64,000 bases of DNA from a virus, in IMG/VR virus record IMGVR_UViG_3300050821_008386, positions 67,761 to 131,760 of that record, one strand, 5' to 3'. The notes under the pieces are model-generated. The model did no database searches, had not been told where the DNA came from, and saw nothing but the letters and a program-made list of their open reading frames with translations. The translations under genes were made by a program, and so were the position numbers. Below, in pieces: positions 20,452-30,763 of the stretch. The number at the start of each line of letters is the position of its first letter. Within the stretch, counting starts at the first letter, position 1.

Positions 20452-21693
20452 TCACAAACTAAATAGGGTCGACGTGCCGGGATAACTGGTCTGCGTCGTA
20501 AAATTAAACGAAGGGAAGGACCTCTGATACGCGATCGGGATAACGGCATGGGGACGCTCGGGGCGGTACGCGCGTATCATCTGGTATATGTGATATCCGT
20601 AGTCTCCCCAGATGTTGCAATCGTTATCGCGTAGCACAACGAATTCAAGTTCCCCTTGCGTGAATTGGGCCGGGAAACGCCAGTCGCCAACGCCCAAGTA
20701 CTGTTCAGGCACTAAGCGTCGGAACGAGTTAGCGAACACGATGAAACCGATTTCGTACTGCGCTTGCCGGTAGGCCGGGTTGGCTCGCGACGCGTACCCG
20801 TTCGTGACAGGAACCGCGATTTCAGGTTCGATCAGGTTCGGGATCAATTGCCCGTTCACCGTGGTGAAGGTATTGAACCGTAACGGCTGCTGATCGACGC
20901 CTAGTCCAATGCCCAAATAGGGTCCTTCCCAGGTATATCCCGTGATTGTCTCTTCACCGATGTCGTATCTGCCGGTCGTTAAGTACTGAAAATCCTGATG
21001 GATACCGACCTCAGAACGCAGGTAGTTCAACTGCGGTTGCGACCCGATAAACTTGGCGACAGCGCCGCGCTCGGATTCGAACGGTTCAGCCAAGAGATCT
21101 TCGTGCGCCCATGCTACGAGATACTGGAGAAACTCCATGGTGCACGGAGCGTTCGGGACCGTCGAATCAACGAAGCTGACGTCAATCTGTTGCACGTCAC
21201 CGTTGATCATCGACTCAAACGTCCGACCCGTGTTGCATTTGGCTTTTACGCCGGAACGCATCAGGAGGGTCGAACGAACATCGACGTTCGCCAGATACAG
21301 GAGTTGCTTCTGCAAACCGTCCTGAACAGCTGCGTACGAGTTCTGGAACGCGGAACGCATCTGTTTCACACACACTTTTGGTCCGCGACCGCGGAGTGTT
21401 CCAAGTTGCGTGACGTACTCAGTGCTTCCCACCTCAGCGACCTCACCCAACGTTCCGCAGGTGCTTAGGTCAGCGTCAAATTCAGGCATCACCAAGGATT
21501 GACCGAGGATCGGTCGCTCAATGACAACGTTTCTCTGTTGATCGGAAATTCCGTTTTCGAAAGTCCCGCCTTCAAGAATGTCGGCATAAGGAGCTCTTCG
21601 CATCAGCAAAAGCGTGATGTTTCCAACAAGCCGGTTGATATCCCGCGAAGCAAAGTCAACGCTTTGCTGCGGGGTTAACATGCAGTCGCCCAT
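20452..21693 (-). CDS. Probable major capsid protein
   Basis: 413 aa; FASRDINRLVGNI..PYADILEGGTF..LRGRGPKVCVKQ resembles capsid proteins of uncultured phages (recalled); own leader and terminator. Confidence 0.72.
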   Translation of the reverse strand: MGDCMLTPQQSVDFASRDINRLVGNITLLLMRRAPYADILEGGTFENGISDQQRNVVIERPILGQSLVMPEFDADLSTCGTLGEVAEVGSTEYVTQLGTLRGRGPKVCVKQMRSAFQNSYAAVQDGLQKQLLYLANVDVRSTLLMRSGVKAKCNTGRTFESMINGDVQQIDVSFVDSTVPNAPCTMEFLQYLVAWAHEDLLAEPFESERGAVAKFIGSQPQLNYLRSEVGIHQDFQYLTTGRYDIGEETITGYTWEGPYLGIGLGVDQQPLRFNTFTTVNGQLIPNLIEPEIAVPVTNGYASRANPAYRQAQYEIGFIVFANSFRRLVPEQYLGVGDWRFPAQFTQGELEFVVLRDNDCNIWGDYGYHIYQMIRAYRPERPHAVIPIAYQRSFPSFNFTTQTSYPGTSTLFSL

Positions 21694-21914
21694 ACAGGTA
21701 AATAATTAGGTCACGGGTCCTGATGCCCCGAATCGAAAATTGGTGGACGACGTCCGGTTCAGGAATTCGGGCGCCGTGTTGTTTGTGTTAAAAGACCGAA
21801 ACTACCCACCGTTTTTGAGTCCCGTGACCGGACTTACTGACCGACTTCTTTTACAGCGCGGTTAGAGAAAGCTGCGTAAGAAATCTCACACGTATTTCTG
21901 GCGGCTACAAGGAC

Positions 21915-22586
21915 TTACCAAACTTCGACCCACTTATTCTGCGTGGCGTAATCGTGAAACCCTTCACAATAGGTTCTCGGATATCGGTGCAGAAAGTTTT
22001 TTCCCTGTAAAGGGAAGGTATCAGCCAAAAGGAAAAATGGTCCATCCATCAGGTGCAGTTCGCGTGCGCCCAGCATGGCGTCCCGATAGCAGAGGATGCT
22101 CTTTAAACGGTTGTTTCCCGGTCGGAACACATTGCCTTTCGGCAACCGGGAATAATCGAGACTGAATCCGCGGGACCGATCGTCATGGACGAAAATGTAA
22201 TCTTTAGCGTCGACCTGATCTTGTTCCACATGGAACGAGGCTTCTGGTATCGGTGAGCTCACCCACCTGTGCGCGTATTCCACTCCCATCTTGATGTAGG
22301 AACGGTGCAGGAAGTCCAGGCGTTCGATCTGAGGCGCTATTACCGCTTGAGCGTTCAATCCATCGACGAACTCTTTTAACTGCGTCTCCTGCCATTCCTG
22401 AGTGGTCTGGGGCAGGCCCGTAACTTCGATTTCGGGATAAGAACGAAAGAAGCTCAAGACGCTGACCATGTTTTTGCCCAGCGTACGGAACCTGACTGGA
22501 TGCCCCATCTTATGCTTGGCGACAGCGGCTCCTGCCATCCCGATGCAATCGCCTAACCCGGTTGCCAGTAGATCGAACGTGGTCAC
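21915..22586 (-). CDS. Putative glycosyltransferase (GT-B-like), paralog of 31261..31896
   Basis: GLGD start, YIFVHDDxxR, ARELHLMD, LHRYPR. Confidence 0.6.
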   Translation of the reverse strand: MTTFDLLATGLGDCIGMAGAAVAKHKMGHPVRFRTLGKNMVSVLSFFRSYPEIEVTGLPQTTQEWQETQLKEFVDGLNAQAVIAPQIERLDFLHRSYIKMGVEYAHRWVSSPIPEASFHVEQDQVDAKDYIFVHDDRSRGFSLDYSRLPKGNVFRPGNNRLKSILCYRDAMLGARELHLMDGPFFLLADTFPLQGKNFLHRYPRTYCEGFHDYATQNKWVEVW

Positions 22587-23440
22587 GCAACCATCTCTTG
22601 AGCAAAGGATGCCGCGCCTTTTTCCACCAGTTGTTCGCGCACAAAGCGTCTGGCGTCCTGACCGACTTTGCCTTGTACCCCATGATAAAGCGCCGGCGAC
22701 ACTCCGTTCTTGATCAGGTGCGGCATTTCCACTCTCGAAATCACGCCGCGTTTGTAATGTTGCAGGATCAAATTGGTGTCTAACCCCACCTTCAGGTACT
22801 GCTCTTTATTGCAGAAATCCCAACCCAGATTGGTGGTGAACCGGGTTACCCAAGTGTGCCGTTGCCGGATGTCGGGCCGTAAAATCATGTTGCCGTTGAT
22901 ATGCTCGTTGCCCGGTCGGTCGTCCCGATGTCCCATCACCTCGTACTTCGGCCATCCAGCGTTTTTCCCTTGTTCCGGGTTAGCTTCTTCGTCGTTCCAT
23001 TCGCCGGCGGCAATCACGCGTTCGTTCCATTCTTTGGTCAATGCCGAGATCCAGTCTTTGCGCAACGGTACGCAGTCCGGTTCAAATGTCAGAACACCGT
23101 TATACGGGAAGCTCCCCCTGTTTTTCGGCACTTTCTGGTGTTCGTTCCATTGGCCTTCTGCTTCGGTCAACGCCGAGAGCCAGAGCATATTGGATCCGTA
23201 CGGATGGCCTTCGGCATCGTTTCGCGCAATGTACCCGATCGTTTTGAACTTGGTCGATAACGCCTGGACGCAAGCGTTACGCATGTCGATCGGGCATTTC
23301 TTGGAGAACACGCACATGAAAAAACAATCAGAACGATAATCTTCCTCGATGTCCGCGATCAATTTAGCGAGTTCGACTGCGGCACCGATATCGCCTTTGC
23401 CGAACGCGTTTCCGTGCGCCTGTAAACAGAGTGCTAACAT
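22583..23440 (-). CDS. Putative GT-A-like glycosyltransferase
   Basis: GHPYGSN, TFEPDCVPLRKDW (ExD motif), HINGN, LYHGV. Confidence 0.5.
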   Translation of the reverse strand: MLALCLQAHGNAFGKGDIGAAVELAKLIADIEEDYRSDCFFMCVFSKKCPIDMRNACVQALSTKFKTIGYIARNDAEGHPYGSNMLWLSALTEAEGQWNEHQKVPKNRGSFPYNGVLTFEPDCVPLRKDWISALTKEWNERVIAAGEWNDEEANPEQGKNAGWPKYEVMGHRDDRPGNEHINGNMILRPDIRQRHTWVTRFTTNLGWDFCNKEQYLKVGLDTNLILQHYKRGVISRVEMPHLIKNGVSPALYHGVQGKVGQDARRFVREQLVEKGAASFAQEMVA

Positions 23441-23446
23441 AAACTT

Positions 23447-24343
23447 TTAGGGAACGTTTGATGATGGTTCGGGAATGCGTGCGATGACAGCGTCGACCAC
23501 TGTCGTTACCTCAATCGCGTCCGGGCATTCCACATAATCAAAACGCGAGTAAAAATGTTCTGCTAACCTCGTGCTGACAATCTTGGTCTGTAAACCGTAA
23601 TTGTGGATCTCCCACGGACTGGTGCAGGTGAAGAGCGATACGGTCGGCACATTGTACCCGATCGCGATATGCATCGGCAAACTGTCCCCGGACAAGACCA
23701 GTTTATGCCCCCGGACATCGGCCATATGGGATCGTAACCCGTTTCGTCTCGGCAAAAAGTTGACCGCATACCCTTTAGCCTCCAGTCGGCGCTTGGTTTC
23801 CTTATAGCCACTCCAACGTTTCATTGGCCAAGTCGGTCCCGCATCAGGACAGATCGCGATATCGCCGTACAACTGCCCCTCTTTGACTTGCGGCATCAGG
23901 TACTGTTGATCGACGAACTCTGACCCAAAACATCTGAACAAGATATCCTGATAACTCCTGCGATTGATGAACTTCAGGTTGTCGGCAGCATTTCGCCCTA
24001 ACCGACTGATCAGACTCATATCAAACCACGGATCGGCATCAGGCGTGTAGGTCATCCCGCCGAATTCGCGCGCCCCGAACAGTTGATCGTACTGCATGGT
24101 CTGAAGAAAATGCGCAGTGCCGATATCGTCTTCCAGATTGATTGCCAGATCGAATTTGTGGTGGCGCACGATCTCTTTATGCATCCATCCCACAGGAGTC
24201 AGTTGTTCGGATAAACTTAAAAGCGCGATGTTCTCATCCGAAGTAATCCACGTCACGTGATCATCTTTAAAAAGCGCGAGCAAAGGCGTGGTCCGAAGCA
24301 CGTCTCCGGCCGCCCCGAGCTTAATCAGTAAAATCTTCCTCAC
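23447..24343 (-). CDS. Glycosyltransferase family 9 (heptosyltransferase-like)
   Basis: KILLIKLGAAGDVLRTTPLL, KRW, SGDSLPMHIA. Confidence 0.88.
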   Translation of the reverse strand: MRKILLIKLGAAGDVLRTTPLLALFKDDHVTWITSDENIALLSLSEQLTPVGWMHKEIVRHHKFDLAINLEDDIGTAHFLQTMQYDQLFGAREFGGMTYTPDADPWFDMSLISRLGRNAADNLKFINRRSYQDILFRCFGSEFVDQQYLMPQVKEGQLYGDIAICPDAGPTWPMKRWSGYKETKRRLEAKGYAVNFLPRRNGLRSHMADVRGHKLVLSGDSLPMHIAIGYNVPTVSLFTCTSPWEIHNYGLQTKIVSTRLAEHFYSRFDYVECPDAIEVTTVVDAVIARIPEPSSNVP

Positions 24344-25623
24344 TTCAACGCGCTCTCTGTCACGGGTTCGACGGTGGCTTCTTTGATTGTTCTGACGATT
24401 CCTTTACCCACTTGAGCACCGTAACTGTACTGATGTTTGCCGAGTCCCGGCCAGATCACTTTGGGATCGCTGCCCAGACATTCCGAGATGCACGCATGGA
24501 CATAATCATCGGACTTTGGCGGGACCAGTATGTTGGTCTGGAAATCGAGCACCGTCTCAGGCCGATCAGTTTCGTACCGGCACGTGATGCAGGGTATCCC
24601 CAGAATAGTCGATTCCTCCTGTAACCCGCCGCTGTCAGTGTAAAGCGCTCGTGTCTCGTATTTGAGGTAGCGAACCACGTCGAGGTAGGAAGCGGTCTGG
24701 AGACTGATCTTGACCTCGTGCTTGACCAGATCCTCGATGTCGTCCTTCTGCCACGCGGTGCCTTTACAGTTCTGCATGCTCCGGGTGATCACGAACTCGA
24801 TCTCATGCCCGTCATTCGCCAGTCTCTTTAACCCTCCGAAAACCGCGCTCAACCTTTCATGAGTCAGATTCTCTCTCCGGTGAATATCGACTCTCAGCTT
24901 TTTGGATCCTGTAGTGCAGGTGCCCAAATGCGCCTCGGCGTATTTCACCGCATCAACACTGGGCGAACCCGACTGGTAAATGACCGCATCGAATCCTTCC
25001 CTCCAGAGATTACGGACGTTGCGCTCGACCGGCGCGTACAACTGTTGACTGGCTACCGTGGCGATCCGGGTGCATAACCCTTCAGGAAACGGTCGTGTAG
25101 GCGAGCCGTCCCACGGCATAAAGCGTTGGTGAAGAAAACTCCTGCCATTGATCCAATCCCATCTGGGCGATTCCGATCGTAACCCGGCTTCGACGTGAAC
25201 GCTGCGTTGCCCGGTGATCATGTACCAGGCGAACGGTGCCACTCCAGCGGTCAGAGTGTCGCCGCAGACGCACAAGAGGGCCTGTCTTGCTCCGAGGACC
25301 TTTAAGCGCGCCCAGAGCGAATTGAGCGTCTCGAATAAAGCTGAGCTTTTCCCAACCAAATCGCCCTGCAAATGCATCGAACCATGGATCAGATCGATGT
25401 ATTTCAGTTCGTTAGCGCCTTCGGTCAGGAGCGGTTCGTAATGCTGACCGCTTTGTAATGCCAGAAACGGGTAATCATCTTCAGCCAATGCCCGGACCAA
25501 TCCAGAAAACTTGATGTAGCACGCTTTGGTGGCAATCAGACAGATCAGAAGGGGATAACCGCTCTTGATCGATTTCTCGATCTGGTGAACGACTTTTTCT
25601 TCGTAAAGATTGACCGAGGTCAT
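24340..25623 (-). CDS. wecB: UDP-N-acetylglucosamine 2-epimerase
   Basis: SGQHY, VCGDT, HVEAGLRS, HRREN, TDSGGLQEE, TDRPE. Confidence 0.88.
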   Translation of the reverse strand: MTSVNLYEEKVVHQIEKSIKSGYPLLICLIATKACYIKFSGLVRALAEDDYPFLALQSGQHYEPLLTEGANELKYIDLIHGSMHLQGDLVGKSSALFETLNSLWARLKVLGARQALLCVCGDTLTAGVAPFAWYMITGQRSVHVEAGLRSESPRWDWINGRSFLHQRFMPWDGSPTRPFPEGLCTRIATVASQQLYAPVERNVRNLWREGFDAVIYQSGSPSVDAVKYAEAHLGTCTTGSKKLRVDIHRRENLTHERLSAVFGGLKRLANDGHEIEFVITRSMQNCKGTAWQKDDIEDLVKHEVKISLQTASYLDVVRYLKYETRALYTDSGGLQEESTILGIPCITCRYETDRPETVLDFQTNILVPPKSDDYVHACISECLGSDPKVIWPGLGKHQYSYGAQVGKGIVRTIKEATVEPVTESALK

Positions 25624-26306
25624 AAACAGATGATGTCGGTCCTTTCGCTCGACCAGTTGCCGCTGATGAAATGGTGTCGGTACTTGTGTTTATCGAGAAA
25701 ATCTTTGATATCTTTCGCGGTATGCCCCCGGTGACTGAGCGTGTGCCGGTTCACTTCGATCACCAGCGTTGGATGATGCACCCGGATAGTTTCCTCGCCG
25801 CCTTTCAAAATCTCAGGTTCGCACCCTTCCGCATCGATCTTGATCAGGCTCAACGGTCGATAAGCCACGATGTCGGACAAGTCTTCGTCTAGTGTCGACA
25901 TTTTCACAGGAAGATCTTCAGGATGCCCTCGGATATAGGAACTCCCGGCATCGTCCCCCGGTTCCATGTGGAGTTGTTCAATCCCGATATGGTCCCCGAG
26001 CGCGTAAGGGAAATTGATCGCTTCAGGACAGTTGCGGCACAAACATTCGTACAGGACCGGGTGCGGTTCATACGCGACCACCGAACCGTTAAGTCCGACT
26101 GCCTGCAGGTATCCGATCGTGTGGTCACCGATGTTTGCTCCAATATCAACCGCTAACGATCCCGGCGTTATGTGACGCGAGATCAGTTTCACGAACCCGT
26201 GGTCGGCGTCCAGTCGACGCTCTCTTTTTACGCTCTCGCTTAGGCGGTCCCCCTTGCGGACCCACACCCCCTCCGGCGTCATCTCTATCTGGCTCTCGAT
26301 TTCCAT
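25620..26306 (-). CDS. FkbM-family methyltransferase
   Basis: VDIGANIG, VAYEPHP, IKIDAEGCE. Confidence 0.9.
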   Translation of the reverse strand: MEIESQIEMTPEGVWVRKGDRLSESVKRERRLDADHGFVKLISRHITPGSLAVDIGANIGDHTIGYLQAVGLNGSVVAYEPHPVLYECLCRNCPEAINFPYALGDHIGIEQLHMEPGDDAGSSYIRGHPEDLPVKMSTLDEDLSDIVAYRPLSLIKIDAEGCEPEILKGGEETIRVHHPTLVIEVNRHTLSHRGHTAKDIKDFLDKHKYRHHFISGNWSSERTDIICL

Positions 26307-27033
26307 TTAAAAGTATTTCCATCCGCGCGCGGGTGACATCGTTCCAATCATGAATCCGGTGATATTGCCGGACGCGATCATGCCAATGATGCGGCAAGCC
26401 TTCTGGCGTAAACATTTCATCGGTATGCCGCCACGTGTACAAAGGCCGTTGGAAAACGAACGCGTGAAACCCGAGGATATTGAATTCGGTCCAGGTCGGC
26501 GCGTTATGCATCAGGTCTTCGATCCGACACCCGTGCATCTGCTCAATCCGTTCCCGGCATTCTTTCAAGGTCCCGCGATGATAGGTGAACGGGAAACAGC
26601 GCATGAATTCGTGCAGTGGCGTCAAAGCCATCACCTGGCTAACCAGTAATTTCCATGGCGCATTTAACCGCTCGTATTCGGTGTACCAGATGATCGGTTT
26701 ACCCTCGATAAACAAGCTCTCCAGAGTGGTCGGCATCGCCAGCATAGCGTCCGAATCCATGAACGTGATGTACTCGCCGTTACAATAGTTGTCGGCGTGC
26801 ATCTTCATGTATTGCTGGTGCAGATAGCCTTTGTCGGGCCATTGATCCATCGGTGCCAGTTCAATCGGGTGACCGAGTACATCCTGCAATTTCTTCAGCG
26901 GTTCAGTGCAATCGTGCGGCGCCGAGATGACAAACTGCGATTCGGTTAACCAATTCTTTTTCAGGAACTTGAATGCCCACTCAAGGAATCCCAGATCTTC
27001 CAACTGCGTTTTAATGAAGACCGAGGACGTCAT
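26146..27033 (-). CDS. GT-A-like protein (DUF6492-like); start moved to 27033
   Basis: GYLHQQYMKMHAD, FMDSDAML, EFMR, EFNILG; ATGA overlap with the upstream gene. Confidence 0.65.
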   Translation of the reverse strand: MTSSVFIKTQLEDLGFLEWAFKFLKKNWLTESQFVISAPHDCTEPLKKLQDVLGHPIELAPMDQWPDKGYLHQQYMKMHADNYCNGEYITFMDSDAMLAMPTTLESLFIEGKPIIWYTEYERLNAPWKLLVSQVMALTPLHEFMRCFPFTYHRGTLKECRERIEQMHGCRIEDLMHNAPTWTEFNILGFHAFVFQRPLYTWRHTDEMFTPEGLPHHWHDRVRQYHRIHDWNDVTRARMEILLNGNREPDRDDAGGGVGPQGGPPKRERKKRASTGRRPRVRETDLASHNAGIVSG

Positions 27034-27836
27034 GCGCTCAATATCTCCGTGACCTGATGCACCACGCCTTCGATTGACCATTCTGGAGGCGGGATACACT
27101 GCAGTTTCCACCGGGCCCGGTATTCCTGCGTGTTCGGATCCTGACTCCAACTGTGGAATTGTTTGATCAGGTCGGGCCCAGCGTCTTTTGGCAACCTGAA
27201 CTCGTATTGATCATGCTCGAAATAATGAGCGAATGTTCCCATGAAATTAAACTCGCTCATCTGCCCGGAATGATAGCGGGTGAGTAACTCCATCAGAGTC
27301 ACGCCTGCGCGTGTTTCCATCACTTTGCGCATATCGCGGATAGTCGAGGTCCAGAAAAAGAACGGGTGCCGGCGCATGAACTCGTACTGTGGGCGCACCC
27401 CTAAAAGTTCTTCTGCTGCGCTCTGATAACCTCTTAAACAGATCCGGTCAGGCTCGATCGCGTCCTTGAGTATCTCATCGTAATCTTCCATCACCACGAT
27501 GGGTTTGCCGTTGTGCGCGAAGGATTCTGCGGTCACCGGGCGGTTGAACAGGCAATCCGAATCAGTGTGTAAGAGCAGCGGCGCTTTAGTGTAAGTGTCG
27601 CTCATCATCTTGATGTACTGTTGACCGAGACGACCGTCAGAGCGTTTGGGTTCGTACCGGACGCTGCATCCCAGTTCCTTGACGACTCTGGGCATCATCT
27701 TCTCGCATTCCGGTGTCGCGATGATCAACGGCGCGTAATCGCTTCGCCAGAACTTCTGCACGCTCCGCAAACAGGCGTTGAGCCAGTTCAGATCGCGTTC
27801 CCAAGTCAGGACGCAGAGTTGCGCGTCAAAGGTCAT
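27030..27836 (-). CDS. GT-A-like protein (DUF6492-like)
   Basis: GQQYIKMMSD, TDSDCLF, EFMRRHP, SEFNFMG, QFHSW. Confidence 0.68.
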   Translation of the reverse strand: MTFDAQLCVLTWERDLNWLNACLRSVQKFWRSDYAPLIIATPECEKMMPRVVKELGCSVRYEPKRSDGRLGQQYIKMMSDTYTKAPLLLHTDSDCLFNRPVTAESFAHNGKPIVVMEDYDEILKDAIEPDRICLRGYQSAAEELLGVRPQYEFMRRHPFFFWTSTIRDMRKVMETRAGVTLMELLTRYHSGQMSEFNFMGTFAHYFEHDQYEFRLPKDAGPDLIKQFHSWSQDPNTQEYRARWKLQCIPPPEWSIEGVVHQVTEILSA

Positions 27837-27951
27837 TTGCGAAAACTCCTACACTGCGTGCCTGTCCACTGTATCCTCTTCATCTTGAGTTTTATCAGAT
27901 CCATCCGAGAGCACAGTTCAGCAACCAGCGCTTTATCATAGGCGGCGTCGT

Positions 27952-28200
27952 TCACGATATCTCCACCTCGATCTCATACATTTTTTTGCTGCCGCTTTTA
28001 AAGGCGTTCCACGCGTCTTCAAATCCTGGCCGGAAATCCCTGACTCCATGCGCCTGCAACAGTCCGCCGTACCGATGCACCATGGCGTCCCATCCGGCCG
28101 CGAAACCTTTCAGCGCCTCGTGGTATTTCGGCGGTTCTTTTGCCAGCATCGCTTCCACTAATGTCATCGCAGTCCGTTCATGAAATCCGGCCTCCACCAT
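27952..28200 (-). CDS. Hypothetical phage protein
   Basis: In-operon small ORF; GFAAGWDA motif. Confidence 0.45.
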   Translation of the reverse strand: MVEAGFHERTAMTLVEAMLAKEPPKYHEALKGFAAGWDAMVHRYGGLLQAHGVRDFRPGFEDAWNAFKSGSKKMYEIEVEIS

Positions 28201-28523
28201 TTGCTCTTCATTACCTTCGACTCGATCGCGTCACACAACTGGGGCCTTGAGGGCAGATGATCTTTCACGTGCATTGTGGTTGTCAGATAACCTGCAAGCG
28301 CGATCAACGGTTCGTTATCGACTTCGACCTCGCGGCAGATCTGGTCGAGATCTTCCCATCGCTCTTCCCTGATCAGGCGTTCAACCCGATCGTATATGGC
28401 GTCCAGCATCATTTGCGCGCGTTTTAACGCTTTTGGAGTATCGCGCCTCCTGCGACGTAACTGTGGGTAGGGTGAGTTGAGTGATGCCATGCCAGAAAGT
28501 CGGGTATATCCGATAGATTCCAT
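28164..28523 (-). CDS. Hypothetical protein (true start probably near 28412)
   Basis: In-operon ORF; N-terminus overlaps the upstream gene. Confidence 0.45.
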   Translation of the reverse strand: MESIGYTRLSGMASLNSPYPQLRRRRRDTPKALKRAQMMLDAIYDRVERLIREERWEDLDQICREVEVDNEPLIALAGYLTTTMHVKDHLPSRPQLCDAIESKVMKSKWWRPDFMNGLR

Positions 28524-29095
28524 TGCGGCGACCGAGTGTTCCCGAACGCCGGATGAAACCAGATTTGTTCTTCGAACGTCTTGAGGGTCATCGGCGTCTC
28601 GTTGCGCGGATAAGCCATCCCCATCTCAGGTTCCACAAGGTCAAAGGTGATCCCGAGACATCCACCGGGTCGCAACACGCGCACGATCTCGTCAATCGCC
28701 AGTTGTTTGTTCGGTTGATGTTCGATCACACTGAAACTGGTTACCCAATCAAAATGGTTGTCCATGAACGGCAACCTCTCGTCTCTGACTATCCGGCAAT
28801 CACCCCGAAAATCTGGATTGGTTTCGACCATCGTTACCCGGTAACCGTACATCGCGCTTAACCACCGCGGCATAGGCGACGCGCCGCTCCCGATATCCAG
28901 CAAATGGTCGCAATCGTCTTTATCCGCATCGTACGACGCAAGGCCGTGATGAAAGATCCATGGATATTCCCAACGCCGGCAATATTGAACCGGACGTTTG
29001 TCGTAGTTCTCAAGGTCAGTCAGGAAAGCCCGGAACGAATCTGACTCCACTTCAGTCACGCTTCCGACCGCCGCTCTGTTGATGATGCCGGTCAT
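28424..29095 (-). CDS. Class I SAM-dependent methyltransferase; start moved to 29095
   Basis: RRWEYPW, LLDIGSG, LPFMDNHFDWVTSFSVIEH, RVLRPGG; ATGA overlap. Confidence 0.85.
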   Translation of the reverse strand: MTGIINRAAVGSVTEVESDSFRAFLTDLENYDKRPVQYCRRWEYPWIFHHGLASYDADKDDCDHLLDIGSGASPMPRWLSAMYGYRVTMVETNPDFRGDCRIVRDERLPFMDNHFDWVTSFSVIEHQPNKQLAIDEIVRVLRPGGCLGITFDLVEPEMGMAYPRNETPMTLKTFEEQIWFHPAFGNTRSPQWNLSDIPDFLAWHHSTHPTHSYVAGGAILQKR

Positions 29096-30339
29096 ACCCC
29101 CACCAACCTCACTTCCGGCAATGGAAAGATCATCTTGGTGCCCTTCTGTAACATGATCTTCTCGCGCTCCTTGAATTCCTTTTCGAAATGCCATGGTAAC
29201 ACCAGATAATAATCCGGGTTCATCGCACGCGATTCTTCTTCACTAATAATCTTGATGCCGCTCCCCAACATCGTGCATCCGTGTTTGTTCGGGTTCCGGT
29301 CTGCGGCGTATTCCACGAGGTTATAGTTGATGCGGCACCATTGCAGGATGGTATTACCCTTGGTCGAGGCACCGTAAACGTGGATAATCTTACCTTGCGC
29401 ACGCAAGTGAATCAAAAGATCCATCAGATCTTTTTTGCAGCCTTCGATCCGTTGCATGAACCCCTCGTAATCCGGCCCTGCCTCGCTCACCGCCAGTTTG
29501 CGCATATGTTCTGACCTGGTCTGGGTATGGTAAGCGCGACATTCTTCCCGGCAGGCGTATACCCGGATACTGCCGCCATTCGCCTCAGTCAGCGATGCCA
29601 TGAAGGGACGCAGTCCGCCGCGGTTCAGGATGTATTCCAGATCGGTGAACGCGTAATACTCCAGATGTTCAGCGCAAATGGTGTCGTACGAATTGTTCTT
29701 CAGCATCGTGGGCATGTGCGAGACTTCGATGACAAAGATGCCTTCAGGTTCCAGGAGTTCGCGAACGGCTCGTACGCATTCCACCGGATCTTCCAGATCA
29801 TAGAACATGGCTATTGCGGTCACGATGGCGAGTTTCCGGCCGTTTAAGCAGGTGACCAGTTCCATCGAGGGGAACATTTCCCCGATAATCTTGAATTCCA
29901 GCGCGGCATCTAAGCTGCGCGCATGCTCGCGCATAGCGACATTGGACGGGTCCACGCCTATCTTGGTGAACGAACGAGGATAATGCGACAGGAGCGTCCC
30001 ATCGTTACAACCGATATCGAGCACGGTCCCGCGCTGATTCGGGTAGATCGTCATCGCCTGATCGACGATCGCCTTGAGGTGATCGCGCATTGTGGCGTTG
30101 GTACCGCTCTGGTAGGCGTACCGCGAATAGAGCACGCTGGGGTTGACCGTGTTCTCCATCTGGAGCAGTCCGCACATATCGCAGGCGGCCAATGCGGTCG
30201 GGAACTTCTTGTCAGTAAAGAGCGAAGACGATTCCGAGTCAGGGAACATGCCTTGCAGATATTGTTCCCCCAGATCGATCACGCGTATCAGGGGCGCACC
30301 ACATACCCGGCACGTCCTATGCGGTTTCAGGATTTGCAT
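29092..30339 (-). CDS. NDP-hexose C-methyltransferase
   Basis: CRVCG/CDMCG Zn site, LDIGCNDGTLL, EHLEYY, YGASTKGNTILQ, LVLPWHF. Confidence 0.9.
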   Translation of the reverse strand: MQILKPHRTCRVCGAPLIRVIDLGEQYLQGMFPDSESSSLFTDKKFPTALAACDMCGLLQMENTVNPSVLYSRYAYQSGTNATMRDHLKAIVDQAMTIYPNQRGTVLDIGCNDGTLLSHYPRSFTKIGVDPSNVAMREHARSLDAALEFKIIGEMFPSMELVTCLNGRKLAIVTAIAMFYDLEDPVECVRAVRELLEPEGIFVIEVSHMPTMLKNNSYDTICAEHLEYYAFTDLEYILNRGGLRPFMASLTEANGGSIRVYACREECRAYHTQTRSEHMRKLAVSEAGPDYEGFMQRIEGCKKDLMDLLIHLRAQGKIIHVYGASTKGNTILQWCRINYNLVEYAADRNPNKHGCTMLGSGIKIISEEESRAMNPDYYLVLPWHFEKEFKEREKIMLQKGTKMIFPLPEVRLVGV

Positions 30340-30758
30340 AAGTCACTGAACACTTCGTCGATCGCTTCTTTGTAATCGTTGCGCTCATGGTTGAGCGCCG
30401 CCAACCGTTTAACGATCCTGGCCCATTCTTCTGGCGGAAGTTCGTCAGTCGGTCGATGGGATTTATCGACTTCATGCCAGAGATCGGAATTGACGTCAGC
30501 CAACTCCGAGAAGAGCGATCCGATCTCCCGAATGACAATCGGTGAACCGTTCCGCCCACCCGTCTTAAACGCTGGGTGCGTCAGTTTATGGTACGGAATA
30601 TCGCCTGCTATCGCGCCATGAACAAAGGTGTCGATCTCTTCTTGCAGATCGAACACCTGATCATCCAAGGCGCGGTAGACAGGCATCTCGTCGGTATGCC
30701 ATTGCCGGATCTTGAGCACTGACAATTTATCCAGCAAGGAACCGAGAGTTTCCGCCAT
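30327..30758 (-). CDS. DUF4254-like helical protein
   Basis: LGSLLDKLSVLKIRQWH; VNSDLWHEVD..LNHERN. Confidence 0.7.
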   Translation of the reverse strand: MAETLGSLLDKLSVLKIRQWHTDEMPVYRALDDQVFDLQEEIDTFVHGAIAGDIPYHKLTHPAFKTGGRNGSPIVIREIGSLFSELADVNSDLWHEVDKSHRPTDELPPEEWARIVKRLAALNHERNDYKEAIDEVFSDLCKS

Positions 30759-30763
30759 GAGAG

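Noticed and set aside
26146-26306. 161-bp same-strand overlap between the DUF6492-like gene and the FkbM gene
   Set aside because: The extension is low-complexity and absent from paralogs; probably a lost stop codon rather than functional dual coding.
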